From: Octopus vulgaris
Lineage: Eukaryota
Length of the DNA: 64,000 nucleotides
Direction of reading: 5' to 3'
Assembly (NCBI GenBank): GCA_951406725.2
Contig: OX597830.1
Span: forward strand, 31,620,001 to 31,684,000
Part shown: in pieces, positions 13,545-28,550 of the stretch
Numbering within the stretch: the first letter of the stretch is position 1
Layout: each line of letters starts with the position of its first letter
The notes under the pieces: model-generated
Database searches by the model: none
Seen by the model: only the letters and a program-made list of their open reading frames with translations
What the model was told of the DNA's origin: nothing
Translations under genes and position numbers: made by a program

Positions 13545-13770
13545 ATCCATAAAGCTAGTTTCCAAGGTTCTGTGTCATATATACTGCCCCTTGAACGGGA
13601 TGCTGGACTCTCATGAGGTTACTGAATGTTGCCTGTGGAGTGTAGACTGGAAGAACAGGAAAATGAAGTGTTTTGACCAAGTGCACAAGGCATTGCCCAG
13701 TCCAGGAATTGAAACCACAGAGTTATGATCATGAGTGCAACCATCCTAGCAATACAGTTCCATGCTGAGA
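13545..13770 (-). mobile_element. tRNA-headed SINE (family C-related), degenerate; related copies 20765-20950(+) and 54320-54565(-)
   Basis: Shared ggtttcaattcctggactgggcaa..ttgtg.(a/t)cttg head and body motifs. Confidence 0.6.
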
Positions 13771-13831
13771 GGACCAGTGTGTATGACATGATGATGATGA
13801 TGATATATATATATATATATATGTATATTCG

Positions 13832-13873
<42 letters not shown>

Positions 13874-13934
13874 TATATGTATATATGTATATATATAAAT
13901 ATATATATATATATACATATGTATATACAAAAAT

Positions 13935-13979
<45 letters not shown>

Positions 13980-13983
<4 letters not shown>

Positions 13984-14165
13984 TAATCCAAACAAGAAAA
14001 CACAGAAAAAAACACAGCAACGCGAGGACGTGGAACAAATAAAGTATTATTAGATGCTCAGGAAAGAAGGGAAGGAGGGTTTAACGTTTCGAGCGGAGCT
14101 CTTTGTCGGAAACAAGGAGAAGGAAAGATTCCGAGAAAGGAAGACAGAGGAAAAAAATATTTTTG
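13980..14165 (-). mobile_element. Penelope-like terminal remnant
   Basis: Minus strand ccgacaaagagctccgctcgaaacgttaa, homologous in layout to 7685-7880. Confidence 0.55.
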
Positions 14166-14639
14166 CTGGTGGTGCTCAAGAGATCACATGTTGATATATA
14201 TATATATAAGTATATATATATGCATTTGTTAATATATATATTATGTTGTAGAATATGTGTGAAATATGCATTACAAATATTCCTAAATGCACATTCTCAT
14301 ATAAATGCTTCTGAAACAGACAGTACCCCCAGTCTGAAACAAATTTACACATGTATGTATGTATGTATGTATGTATGTATGTATGTATGTATGTGTGCAT
14401 ATGCATATATATGCATGCATTCTCTCTCTCTCTCACATGCACACACACACACACTCAGAGCATTGTAAAGATAACATTGTTTATCTTAATTTTGAAAAAT
14501 AAAAAGTATAAAAAATCCACTTTATTTATGGAATATATATACCCAATATATACAAATATATAGGTATATCTATCTATCTATCTATATATATATACATGCA
14601 TATATACATATACATATATACATATATACATATATACAC

Positions 14640-14687
<48 letters not shown>

Positions 14688-14930
14688 TTTTATTCTTTTA
14701 CTTGTTTCAGGCATTTGACCACAGCCATGCTGGAGCACCATATATTCATATATAGGTGCAGGCATGGCTGGTTGGTAAGAATTTTGCTCCCCCATCATAT
14801 GATTCTGAATTCAGTCCCACTGCATGGCACCTCGGGCAAGTGTCCTTTATATAGCCTCAGGCTGAGCAACGCTTTGTAAGTGGATTTGGTTGAAGAAAAC
14901 TGAAAGAAGTCCATTGTATATGTATGTATA

Positions 14931-15168
14931 GGCGGCGAGCTGGCAGAAACGTTAGCATACCGGGCCAAATGCGTAGCCGTATTTCGTCTGTCGTTACGTT
15001 GTGAGTTCAAATTCCGCCGAGGTCGACTTTGCCTTTCATCCTTTCGGGGTCGATTAAATAAGTACCTGTTACACACTGGGGTCGATATAATCGACTTAAT
15101 AATTATTTCTGTCCTTGTTTGTCCCCTCTGTGTTTAGCCCCTTGTGGGTAATAAAGAAATAGATATTT
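14931..15168 (+). mobile_element. SINE family B, full length, CpG-retaining
   Basis: ggcggcgagctggcagaaacgttag A-box region, gagttcaaattcc B box, central gtcgactttgcctttcatcctttcggggtcgat; closely matches 53689-53908. Confidence 0.9.
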
Positions 15169-15173
15169 ATGTA

Positions 15174-15335
15174 CCGTGTTTTAACACGTTACAGGAATCC
15201 TTTTTTGTCAAAAATTAGGTTAAAAAAGTAAAGGAGTTTCTTATACACGGACAGTATTATAATTCTTTACAAAAGCTTTTTCCCAAATTTTAAGCCCCAA
15301 ATATTAGGGGATTCCTTATACATGTTAAAATATGG
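15174..15335. mobile_element. Tc1/pogo-superfamily MITE
   Basis: TA|ccgtgttttaacacgt ... acatgttaaaatatgg|TA imperfect TIRs with TA duplication. Confidence 0.7.
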
Positions 15336-15944
15336 TATATATTTATGTATATGCCCTAAATACTTGCGTATGTATTTGTCTCTTACACACTAGTGCTGGC
15401 TCTTCATGACTCTGTAACATAGCAGACAGGCAAAAGTGACTGACAGAATGTGTAGCAGGTCTAAAAAATAAGCCCGGGTAGACAGGGTCAATTTGTCTGA
15501 CTAAACCCGTCAAAATGATGCCCCAGTATGGCAGCAGTCCACACACACACACACATATATACATACACACATACACATACACACACACACACAGACACAC
15601 ACATATATACATACATATACATATATGTATATATATGCACTTAGATATACATATATATATATATTTATGCACATACTTATACATATACTTATATATGTAT
15701 ATGTATATATGTGTATATATATATATATGTGGATATATATATGTATATATATATATATATATATATCATCATCATCATCATCATTTAGCGTCCGTTTTCC
15801 ATGCTAGCATGGGTTGGATGTATTCATCAGGCCCAGTCAAATCTGGCAGTGTTTCTATGGATGCCCTTCCTAACGCCAACCACTCCGTGAGTGTAGTGGG
15901 TGCTTTTTATGCCAGTATATATATATATATATATATATATTATG

Positions 15945-16032
<88 letters not shown>

Positions 16033-16211
16033 TGTATGTATGTATGTATATATAAATATATATAGAAAGAGAAAGAGAGAAAAGAGAGAGAGAAAGGGAG
16101 AAAAGGAGAGGGAGGAAGAGAGAAAGTGTGTTAGATAGAGAGAGAGAGAATGGAAGATATATAAGACAGCTAACAATATTCATATATAAATATATACCTA
16201 TATAAATGTAC

Positions 16212-16638
16212 ATGTTTGTGGCTGTGTGGTAAGAAGCTTGCTTCTCAACCACATGGCTTGAGGTTCAGTCCCACTGTGTGGCACCTTGAGCAAGTGTCTT
16301 CTACTGTAGCCTCAAGCCGACCAAAGCCTTCTGAGTGGATTTAGTATATGGAAACTGAAAGAAGCCCGTCATATATTTATATATGTATGTATATATTTAT
16401 GTGTGTGTGTTTTTGTGTCTGTGTTCGTCCCCTCCCCAATCCATGCTTGACAACCAATGTTGATGCGTATATGTCCCTGTAACTTAGCGGTTGAGCAATA
16501 GAGACCATTGGAATAAGTACTAGGCTTACAAAGAATAATTCCTGGGGTTGATTTCTTCGACTAAAAAAACCCTTTAAGGCTGTGCTCCAGCATGGCCTGC
16601 AGTCAAATGGCTGAAACAAGTAAAAGAATAAAAGAATA
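16212..16638 (+). mobile_element. SINE family A, full length
   Basis: Complete head, microsatellite and tail match. Confidence 0.92.
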
Positions 16639-17427
16639 CATACATGTGTGTGTGTGTGTTTGTGTGCATATCTGTGCATGTATATATGCATATGTATATA
16701 TGCAAATCCATAGAGAGGGAAAGAATAAGAGAGATATAGCATCAAAGAATGAGATACAAGGATGAATTGATAGATAGATTATATGAAGAGATTATTAAAT
16801 ATAGATGTACATAAACCTCTATCCCTGTATATTCTCATAGGCATGCGCAAATGAGTATATATGCGCGTGTCTTTGTGTTGCAAAAGTCGTGAGCGAAAAA
16901 AAAGGAATGTCATCTATTCTCAGAATTCTTTCTTCGTGTAGGCTTTTTTTTTTTTCTCCTTCCCCCCCACTCGCAGAATGTCCATACAGCATGTTCAACT
17001 GCCATTCCTGCTGTCGTTTATGTCTACATAAATCTGCAACTGGCCCAATGCCACATATATGCAGCAATCTACCGATTCCATTCTGACACAGACTGACTGA
17101 AGGAACACTGCCGATTGCAACTGCTGCCATTCTTCTTAAGCTTTTAATGGCCAACACATAGACACACACACACACACACACACACACATGCAAACACACA
17201 CGCAGGCACGCACAGAGATGCAAACACACACGTACAGATATTCATGTATATATACACATACCCCTAAACACGTAAGCTAGATTACATATGTATCTGTTTG
17301 TGTGTCTGTGTGTGTATGTGTGTGCGTACATGCATGTGACGGCTTATGTATTATCTCTATCTCCTCTTGCCCTCTACTTCTCGCTCACCCTCTATCTTTC
17401 CCCCCCTCTCTCACTCTAGTTGTATAC

Positions 17428-17474
<47 letters not shown>

Positions 17475-17571
17475 AACATATATTAGCAGCCACTTTTTAT
17501 CTTTCCCTGCGACAATATATTCCTAGAGTGCACACTTCATTCTATTATTATAGTCTACATAATATATCTAA

Positions 17572-17642
<71 letters not shown>

Positions 17643-17842
17643 TATGTATGTATGTATATATACATATATATACACATATATGCATATATATACATATATG
17701 TATATATACACACATGCATATATATATATATGTATATATATATATTTATATATATATATATATACATATATATATAAACATATTTACACACACATATATA
17801 TACATATATATAGATATGTACATTCATATTTGTATATATGTT

Positions 17843-17891
<49 letters not shown>

Positions 17892-18333
17892 GTTTGTGGA
17901 TATGCATATGTATATACATATCATTTAAAGCCATATCTACATTTTTTTTTTTCCCTGCGCTTACCATTTCAGCTATCTTTTGCACACTGTCTTATATTCT
18001 CTCTGATTCGCTCTCAAAACCTCACTCTATCTCTCTTCCACTGGGATATTCTGTCCATGTAACATCACATCTAAGGTTGTTACCTCATTCTTTAGATTAG
18101 GCATGCTATATATCTAATCTCATCTCTCTCTATACTTATCTATCTAACGGGCAAACTGTCTGTCTCTTTTTCTATCCATCTGTAGATGTCTTCCCTGTAA
18201 ATCTGTCTGTCTGTGTGTCACAGCCTCTAACTTATCAACGTATATATGCAGGTAGGTTAATACGTGGATACCACCTCAGTAATAATACTTCATCCCACTC
18301 TTTATATATCTATCTATCTATCTATCTATCTAA

Positions 18334-18386
<53 letters not shown>

Positions 18387-18481
18387 CATCTATCCATCCA
18401 TCCATTTATCTGTCTATCTATCTATCTATATATCTATCTAGCCACTTATCTGTCTGTCTATCTATCTATCTATCCTATTTT

Positions 18482-18523
<42 letters not shown>

Positions 18524-18646
18524 CATCTATCTATCTGTTAATCTATCTATCTATCCATCCATTTATTTGTCTGTCTGTCTGTCTATCTATCTAGCCACTT
18601 ATCTATGTATGTATGTATGCATGTATGTATATATGTATGTATGTAC

Positions 18647-18677
<31 letters not shown>

Positions 18678-19186
18678 TGTATGTATGTATGTATGTATGT
18701 ATGTATGTATGTATTTGTCTATCTATCTATCTATCTATCTGTCAGTTTATAATACTGTCTTTCTACATTTAGTTGGGTACTTACCCTTTCCTTTTCTCCT
18801 TTCCATTTTTCTCTTTGGATTTATATGTGTATACATTAATACATACATACATGTTCATATATACACTTACATACCTACGTGCATATATGTATATATATAT
18901 CTCTATACATACATATATAAGTAAACACACACACACATTTATATACATGCATATATATACATACACACACACACGCATGTGTGCGAGTACACACATGCAC
19001 ACACTCACCACAATATAAACACATTACACTTTATATTCAATTTCAATTGCAGTTTTTTTGCGGCAAGTATTATATAATTTATGTAGATGTGTAGATATGT
19101 ATTCATGTATGCATATGTATCTATGTGTCTACCAGCCCTCAATCACTCTCTCCCTCTGTCTTTAACACAGTTTCCTCTTCCTTTCA

Positions 19187-19227
<41 letters not shown>

Positions 19228-19301
19228 CACATATATATATAGTGATAATTGGGATTCTATACAGATGCATATGTGAGTATATATATATATATATATATAT
19301 C

Positions 19302-19332
<31 letters not shown>

Positions 19333-19424
19333 CACATATATATATGTGTGTGTATATACATATATATATAAATGTATATACATATGTGCATTCACATACG
19401 TATATATATATATATGTATGTGTA

Positions 19425-19539
<115 letters not shown>

Positions 19540-19883
19540 GGATGCACATATGTGTATACATTTATATATATATGTATATATATCCACATGCATATATACA
19601 TATATTATGCATGTAAAAATGATAGGTGTACGTATATGCATATATAGGAAATTGCATGTCTACATAAATAATTCTAAATATATATCAGTAATGAGAGTTT
19701 GTCAGTTAAATATGTATTTATTTCTCCAACAATGCAAATAAATTATACACATATATAAACTCCTTAAGTTACAATACATTATGCTAACATGCATGAAGGC
19801 ATTATACATACACACACACTGAAAGACATGAAAAATTACATGTCTATATGTATATAGATATTTGCATAAGTATACATACAGAG

Positions 19884-19934
<51 letters not shown>

Positions 19935-20015
19935 CATGAAGATAGAAATATCACATATTTGTGTACAAACATACATACACATACATACACACACACACAC
20001 ATATACATATAAAGA

Positions 20016-20244
20016 TATTCTTTTATTCTCTTACTTGTTTCAGTCATTTGACTGTGGTCATGCTGGAGCACTGCCTTAAGACGAACAAATCGACCACATG
20101 ACTTATTCCTTGTAAGCTTGGTACTTATTCTATCAGTCTCTTATGATGAACCGCTAAGTTAAGGGGACGTAAATACACCAAAATTGGTTGTCAAGCAATG
20201 GAGGAGAGGGGCAAAAACAGACACACAAATCTATACATACATAG

Positions 20245-20289
<45 letters not shown>

Positions 20290-20474
20290 TATATATATAT
20301 ATATATATATATATACAAAGGGCTCCTCTCAGTTTCTGTCTACCAGATCTACTCACAAGCCTTCGGTCAGACTGAGGCTATAGCAGAAGGCACTTGACCA
20401 AGGTGCCACACAGTGGGATCGAACCTGGAACCATGTGGTTAAGAAGCAAGCTACTTACCACACAGCCATACCTA
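20016..20474 (-). mobile_element. SINE family A, full length
   Basis: Complete reverse-complement match. Confidence 0.92.
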
Positions 20475-20706
20475 TATATATGTGTACATGTATATATATA
20501 TACACATATATATACATATATACACACACACATATATATACACACAAACACATAAATACACAAGCACAGACACACAAAGTCACGCATTAATATTCATAAA
20601 TACATGATGATAGATATGTGTGTATGTATCTTTATATATGTAAATATATATATATATATATATAAATATTATATTACATTATACTATATGATATATATAT
20701 ATGTGT

Positions 20707-20766
<60 letters not shown>

Positions 20767-21045
20767 AGACATGGGGTGTAGTGGTTCAATGGTTGGTGAT
20801 TGGGACTCATGATTATAAGATTGTGGTTTCGATCCTTGGACTGGGCAAAGTGTTGTGTTCTTGAGACAAGCAGTGTTTCATATTACTCCAATCAACTTAG
20901 TTGGTAAAAGTGAGTAAATATGTGATGGGCTGGGGTTCCATCTGGGGGGCGTGACTCAGCAACAGTTTTTGAGTTCAATCCTTTTATGTGTAAATGTATA
21001 TATATATATATATATATATATAATATGTATGTATACATGTATTGT

Positions 21046-21076
<31 letters not shown>

Positions 21077-21087
21077 TTATACATATG

Positions 21088-21269
21088 TAGGTGCAAGTGT
21101 CGTTGTGTGGTAACAAGCTTGCTTCTCAAGCATATGGTTCTGGGTTCAGCCTCCCACCATGGCATCTTGGGCATGGTACCTTGGGTAAATATCTTTTACT
21201 GTAGTGGACCAAATAATTGTAAATGGATTTGGTTGTTGGAAACTGAATGTAGCCAATACACACACATGT

Positions 21270-21301
<32 letters not shown>

Positions 21302-21545
21302 GTATTTATGCATATGTGTGTCTTTGTGTCTGTGTTTGCCACACATCACTGTTTGAGAGCTGGTGTTGGTTTGTTTACATTCCCATAACTTAGCAATACA
21401 GCAAAAAAAAAAGTTCAATGGAATAAGTACAAGACTTAAAAATGGTTTAAAAAATAAGCATTAGGGTTGATTCATTCAACTAAAAAATATAATTCATGAA
21501 GCGGGTGCCCCAGCATAGCTGCTGTCTAATGACTGAAACAGGTTA
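21088..21545 (+). mobile_element. SINE family A, full length, diverged
   Basis: Head and tail motifs present with many substitutions. Confidence 0.8.
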
Positions 21546-21653
21546 ATATGAAAAAAAAAATCATACATATATGCACAGACACATGTATATATTATAGATA
21601 GATATAGGTACATATATACCTTTATATATATGTACACACACACATATCTATAA

Positions 21654-21687
<34 letters not shown>

Positions 21688-21761
21688 TTATGCATGTGTA
21701 TGTGTATATATATATATATATAAATTGATAGATAGATAGAGAAGCTGATAAATTATGAAGT

Positions 21762-21805
<44 letters not shown>

Positions 21806-21919
21806 TGTATAAGAGTGATTACCAATGCTTACATTCATAACTTCTCTGACCTAATACATATCTTTGCATGTGTACTACAATATAACCAAGCACCAGCCTT
21901 CAGCTAAAATATACATACA

Positions 21920-22009
<90 letters not shown>

Positions 22010-22407
22010 GAGATAGATATAGATATTTGCGTGTGTATACACACACGGATATATATTTATATGTGTGTGTATATATATATTTATATATCTATATATATAT
22101 ATATATGTATTTATGTATCTATAGATTTATGAAGATATATGTGTTTGTATGCTTGTGTTTATATGTACATGGTTTTATGGTTATATAAATATACATGCCC
22201 AACGTTGGAAGGGCAGCTGAGAGAGGATATTCTCAGGATGTGCTTCCAGTTACTTTCCATTCTGTTAATGCTTGTTTTTTCGCATAATACAAACAATTAA
22301 TCATTCCTTGTCCTGCGTGCTCTCTGCTGCGAGTTCTTAAAAACTTTGAATAGATACCGTTTCAATGTATATATAAACATAAATGATATATAAACACAGA
22401 TGTCTAA

Positions 22408-22449
<42 letters not shown>

Positions 22450-22747
22450 TATATATATATACATATATATAAATACATATATGCATATATACATACATAT
22501 ATATATATATATACATATATATACATATATATATATACACATATATATATATAGAGTGTGGGAGAGAAAGAAGGGAGGGAGAGAGGGAGAGATACAATAA
22601 CAGATGCATGTGTACATGTATATATTTATATACATAAATATGTGTGTGTGTATGTGTACATGAAAAAATTTGAGATGTATAAATTTTTTGTCTAACTATT
22701 GAGCAATCCAACATTTTATCTATCCATCTTATCTATCTATCTATCTA

Positions 22748-22790
<43 letters not shown>

Positions 22791-22861
22791 ATATATATAT
22801 ATTTATTTATCTATCTTATTTCTATTCTCCCTCTCACTCTGTCAATCTGTCTGTCTCTCTG

Positions 22862-22929
<68 letters not shown>

Positions 22930-23152
22930 CAAATATACATACGCACATATATGGACAGACACACACATCTATATAGATAACTACGTACTTATTCATCTAC
23001 ACATGCACGCATGCACACCTCAACCTATCTACTTATTTATCAACCTGTTTATCTGTGTATAGCTACATACATATATACATACATATCCATCAATGTATAT
23101 TCATATACAAATATGTATATATGATTATATACATATCTATGTATAAAAATGT

Positions 23153-23239
<87 letters not shown>

Positions 23240-23350
23240 TATATAAATAAAACTATTGATATATATATATAAAATTATTGATATATATGTCTATCTACAA
23301 GTAAAATGATAGACACATACATATATACATACACACAGAAACACACACCC

Positions 23351-23381
<31 letters not shown>

Positions 23382-23847
23382 TATATATGTGTGTGTGGTA
23401 TATATATATATATAAAAATATTATATAAAGATAGATAGCTAGGAAAATATATATATAGATATATTCATAGGTAAATGAACAGATAGATGGATACATAGAT
23501 TACAGAGAGACAGATCCAGAAAAATAGATACAAGAAAATAGTCCAGGAGAGTAGGAGAGAAGGAAAATGCAGAGAGGTAAGACGCCGACAGAAAGATGGA
23601 AGTATATGCATAAATCTGCATTAGATACATTTCTCAAGATATGACTGCAGCCGCAAAAAAAAAAAAAAAATGGAATCTTGCTACTTCTGTAGTGATCCTT
23701 TAAATATTCTGGTGAATATCCTACAACAGCTATCTCCATCTTTATTAACAAAGGAATGTATAACAGCACTCGCTCTTTTTCATATCTATGGAGCACTTTG
23801 GGAAGAAAAAAAAACATGGTTTACAAAATATGATTATCAATGACATA

Positions 23848-23900
<53 letters not shown>

Positions 23901-24123
23901 ACATATACATATATATAGATATATATCTGTGCATATATACATATATGTATACGTATACACACACACATATGTGCACGCAAGCATACTCACACATACACAC
24001 ACTGGCACATATATATATAAATAGACACATGCATGTCTATTTATATATACGCATGTAGAGATCTATCTATCCAGTTAGCTATCTAGCTATCAAACTATCT
24101 GTCTTTCTCTTTCTATCTCTCTA

Positions 24124-24168
<45 letters not shown>

Positions 24169-24245
24169 ATGTGTGCATGAAAAAATTTTAGATGTATGTA
24201 TTTTTTGTCTAACTATTGAGCAATCCAACATTTTATCTATCCATC

Positions 24246-24313
<68 letters not shown>

Positions 24314-24661
24314 ATATATATATATATGTATATATATATTTCTATACATGAGTGTATATACAAGTATATAAATATTCATATATTTATGTATATATTTATT
24401 TATATCTATGTATAGAAATATATATGCATATCAGTGTCTCTTTTCTCTCTCTTTCTCTCTCTCCCTCTCTTTCTCTCTCTCTCTCTATATATATATATAC
24501 ACACACACTCACACACATACACACATACACACATACACAAAAACGTATATATACATAAACGCATATATACTCACATCTTTATATCAACATGTATCTCTCT
24601 TTCCCTCTCTATATCTTTCCCTCTTTATATATATATGTGTATATATATATGTGTGTGTGTG

Positions 24662-24692
<31 letters not shown>

Positions 24693-24743
24693 TCATAAAT
24701 ATATAAATACATTCATATATTCACATAATTTTGTGTGTGCATA

Positions 24744-24857
<114 letters not shown>

Positions 24858-25087
24858 CATATTTCTATATATTTAGTAGAATTATATTTAAGTATAAATA
24901 TATACATATATATTTTATATATATTTGCAATGATGAAAACACATTGTTAACTGTGTTTAAGCTATGATTAATGATTTACAGACAGTAACTTCGATTTATA
25001 AGAAGTTCTCATCCTTATTGGGCTACCTTGTAAATTACAGTCAACAAAACAGTGTAGACCGCATGTGTATAAATATATATGTGTATA

Positions 25088-25123
<36 letters not shown>

Positions 25124-25141
25124 TCTATCTATCTATTTATC

Positions 25142-25208
<67 letters not shown>

Positions 25209-25250
25209 GGGATAATTGGGATTCTATACTAATGCATATAATAAGTATGC

Positions 25251-25281
<31 letters not shown>

Positions 25282-25663
25282 CATATATATATACATATAT
25301 ATATATACACACATATATATATACATATATATATATGTATATATAAATAAATATATACAGATACATGCACCAGGCATACTACACACACCCTCATATATAT
25401 ATGTATATATATGAATATATATATATATATATATATATATAAACATATATATGGATATACATATGTATCTATGTATAATACACACACACGCATGCATTCA
25501 CACACACACATGTGCACTCACACACTCATATTTATACTTATATATGGAAGCGTACAGCTATAGATATATAGGCATAGTTTTGCATGTATAAGTGCATATT
25601 TAAATATAAACATCTAAGTATGTATAAATTAGAAATATGTTATATTTAAACTCTAAGTATTAG

Positions 25664-25695
<32 letters not shown>

Positions 25696-25765
25696 CCGAC
25701 ATACATACATGTATATATATATATATATGTATATATCATGTATATGTATATTTATTATCTATAAC

Positions 25766-25809
<44 letters not shown>

Positions 25810-25833
25810 TATGTATATGAATACATTTATTAG

Positions 25834-25870
<37 letters not shown>

Positions 25871-26016
25871 CACTTTGCATAGAAAGATATATGCACTTGT
25901 GATTATGTCAAACATATGTACATTTCCTGTGTGTTCTCTCACATAGCTCGAGTCGGACGTTTACACAAACTTATCCACTTACATATATACACTGGAATGT
26001 ATATCTACGTACTTAC

Positions 26017-26037
26017 AAAAATGATGTATTCCTTGCA
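26017..26037 (-). other. Candidate 21-nt microexon (tgcaaggaatacatcattttt)
   Basis: Acceptor catttccctctgtctag|, donor |gtaagtac; multiple of 3; no stop in any frame (CKEYIIF / ARNTSF / QGIHHF). Confidence 0.45.
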
Positions 26038-26124
26038 CTAGACAGAGGGAAATGTACATATAACCTTTGTATTAAAAAGCAAACCTGCACTGATATTTGT
26101 ACATATATACATATACATAAACAT

Positions 26125-26170
<46 letters not shown>

Positions 26171-26299
26171 GCACATACATATATATGTATGTATCTATAT
26201 ATTTACATGTATGCTTACGTTCGGTGATCTCCATGGTTGTTTAGATGTACACCAAAACATCCACCCTCACATCCACTCTTTCGTACGTGCACATATATG

Positions 26300-26339
<40 letters not shown>

Positions 26340-26453
26340 CATATATATAAATGTATATATACATACATATATGTGTGACTATGTATATATATGTATATAT
26401 ATTGCCTTTAGTTTGTGATGTGTTTTTATATATACATGCACACACACACACAC

Positions 26454-26492
<39 letters not shown>

Positions 26493-26597
26493 ATATACAC
26501 ACACACACTTATATATGTATATATAAATATGTCCATATACATATACATACATATATATTTATATATATACTATGTATAAATACATACATATATATAA

Positions 26598-26703
<106 letters not shown>

Positions 26704-26788
26704 TATACATATATGTATAAGTATATATTTGTGTACACTTCCATATACACATGCATATCTAATATATACGTTTGTGTGTGTATTTCTG

Positions 26789-26821
<33 letters not shown>

Positions 26822-27072
26822 ATATATGCATAAAATGTGCACTGTAGAGGTTTACTTACGAGAATTGCTTGAAGGCAGAGACCAGCCACGTTTCACAACG
26901 GTGGGCGGGGACAGCAAACAACGAGGTTATGCCACCATCACCATCACCGGCACCCCTCACGCCGTCGCCTCCACTACCACCGCCACCACCACCATTACAA
27001 GAACCAGCACCACAACTACTACTACTATTACTACTACGACCACCACCACCACCACTGCTATTGCTGCTGCTG

Positions 27073-27114
<42 letters not shown>

Positions 27115-27263
27115 GCTTAGAATTTGCCAGAGGGCCATCATATTTTTTGAACATTACAATGCTGTACACGATAATATAATTATGGCAAATAAAGTAGACA
27201 TGAAATTGGGATAGCTTCGATATATGTATAGTGACAATACTGATTAAGTTAATGATGATAATG

Positions 27264-27306
<43 letters not shown>

Positions 27307-27520
27307 TAATAATGATAATAATAATAATCTTAATAATAATAATAATAATGATAATAATAATAATAACAACAACAACAACATCAATAATAATAATAATGAT
27401 AATAATAATGATAATAATAATAATATTAATAATAATAATAATAATAATGATAATAATAATAATAATAATAGTAATAATAATAAAAAAGAGGCAAAATAAT
27501 AAATAATAATGACAATAACG

Positions 27521-27566
<46 letters not shown>

Positions 27567-27969
27567 TAATAATAAAAAAATAATATTAACGGTAACAAGA
27601 AGAACAACATCAGCATTGACATTGAGGATATAAATGGTGCTGGTGACAGTGGTGGTGTAGTGGTGACAGTGGTGGTGGTGCCAGAATCAGTGGTTATCAA
27701 GATGTTGATGACGATGACATTGATGATGATGATGAGGATGATGATGATGAGGATGTTGAATTGGATGAGGAGACGGCTGCAAATGGTATCTAGTATTCCA
27801 TACTAAACCACAATATTTTTGCTTTTTTTTTTAATTAGGAAGCGTGTATCACATGAAATTAACTCAGACTGATAAAATAATCATCATTTGGATAATTAAG
27901 ATAATTATGATAATGTTAATAATGATAATACCTGGAACAGGTAAAAGAAAAGAATAAACAGAATAATAA

Positions 27970-28165
27970 TATTACTTTCAAATTTTGGCAAAAAGCCAGC
28001 AGTTTCAGTGGAGAGTGTACATTAATTACATTGACCCCAGTGTACAACTGGTACATATTTTATCAACCCTGAAAGTTCGAAAGGTAATTCAAAACGTAAA
28101 GACAAATGAAATGCTGCTAAGCAAGTTGTCCTGTGTGCTAATGATTCTGTAAATTTTCTGCCTGA
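27970..28165 (-). mobile_element. SINE family B variant, degenerate; similar pieces 29140-29300(-), 29405-29480(-), 31335-31545(-)
   Basis: ttgaccccagtgtacaactggtacatattttatcaaccctgaaag is the reverse complement of the family B core. Confidence 0.7.
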
Positions 28166-28208
28166 ATAATAATAATAAGAAAAATAATAACAATAATAAT
28201 AATCATAA

Positions 28209-28512
28209 GAAAGAAAAGTCGATAGATATGACAGGTTAGCTTGGGAGGTTAAGCAGTTGTGATCGATGAAAGAGGTGGTTGTAGTAGCAATAATTGTTGG
28301 AGCCCTGGGAACAGTAAGAAAAAATCTTGAGCAGTACATGGAACAAATTGGGGCTGCAATAAGGGTGGAGCACTAGCAGAAAACAGCACTGCTTGGAACC
28401 TCTCGAATACTACGGATGGTGCTCGAAAAATAAGGGGTGTTATCTAAGTTCACTGGTAGTGAACAGCTGACACTGTAGTACATCTCCAGCATTAGAAGCT
28501 GTGCAGAGACAA
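28209..28512 (+). mobile_element. 3' end of an R4/Dong-clade non-LTR retrotransposon (restriction-like endonuclease C-terminus, pseudogenised, plus 3' UTR)
   Basis: 28209-28433 translates ERKVDRYDRLAWEVKQL*SMKEVVVVAIIVGALGTVRKNLEQYMEQIGAAIRVEH*QKTALLGTSRILRMVLEK*, matching the K..KY..L / IVGALG / QKTALLGT.RILR RLE signature; (AAT)n on both sides. Confidence 0.85.
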
Positions 28513-28550
28513 TAAAATAATGATAATAATAATAATAATAATAATAATAA

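Larger units (their letters stand above)
14753..15540 (+). mobile_element. SINE family A split by nested insertions: head 14753-14920, tail about 15345-15540
   Basis: Head and degenerate tail flank a family B SINE and a MITE. Confidence 0.7.

Noticed and set aside
25991-26045. miR-1-like (tggaatgta) and miR-92-like (ttgcact) words
   Set aside because: Similarity is limited to the seed; the remainder does not match the mature miRNAs and there is no pre-miRNA-sized stem.
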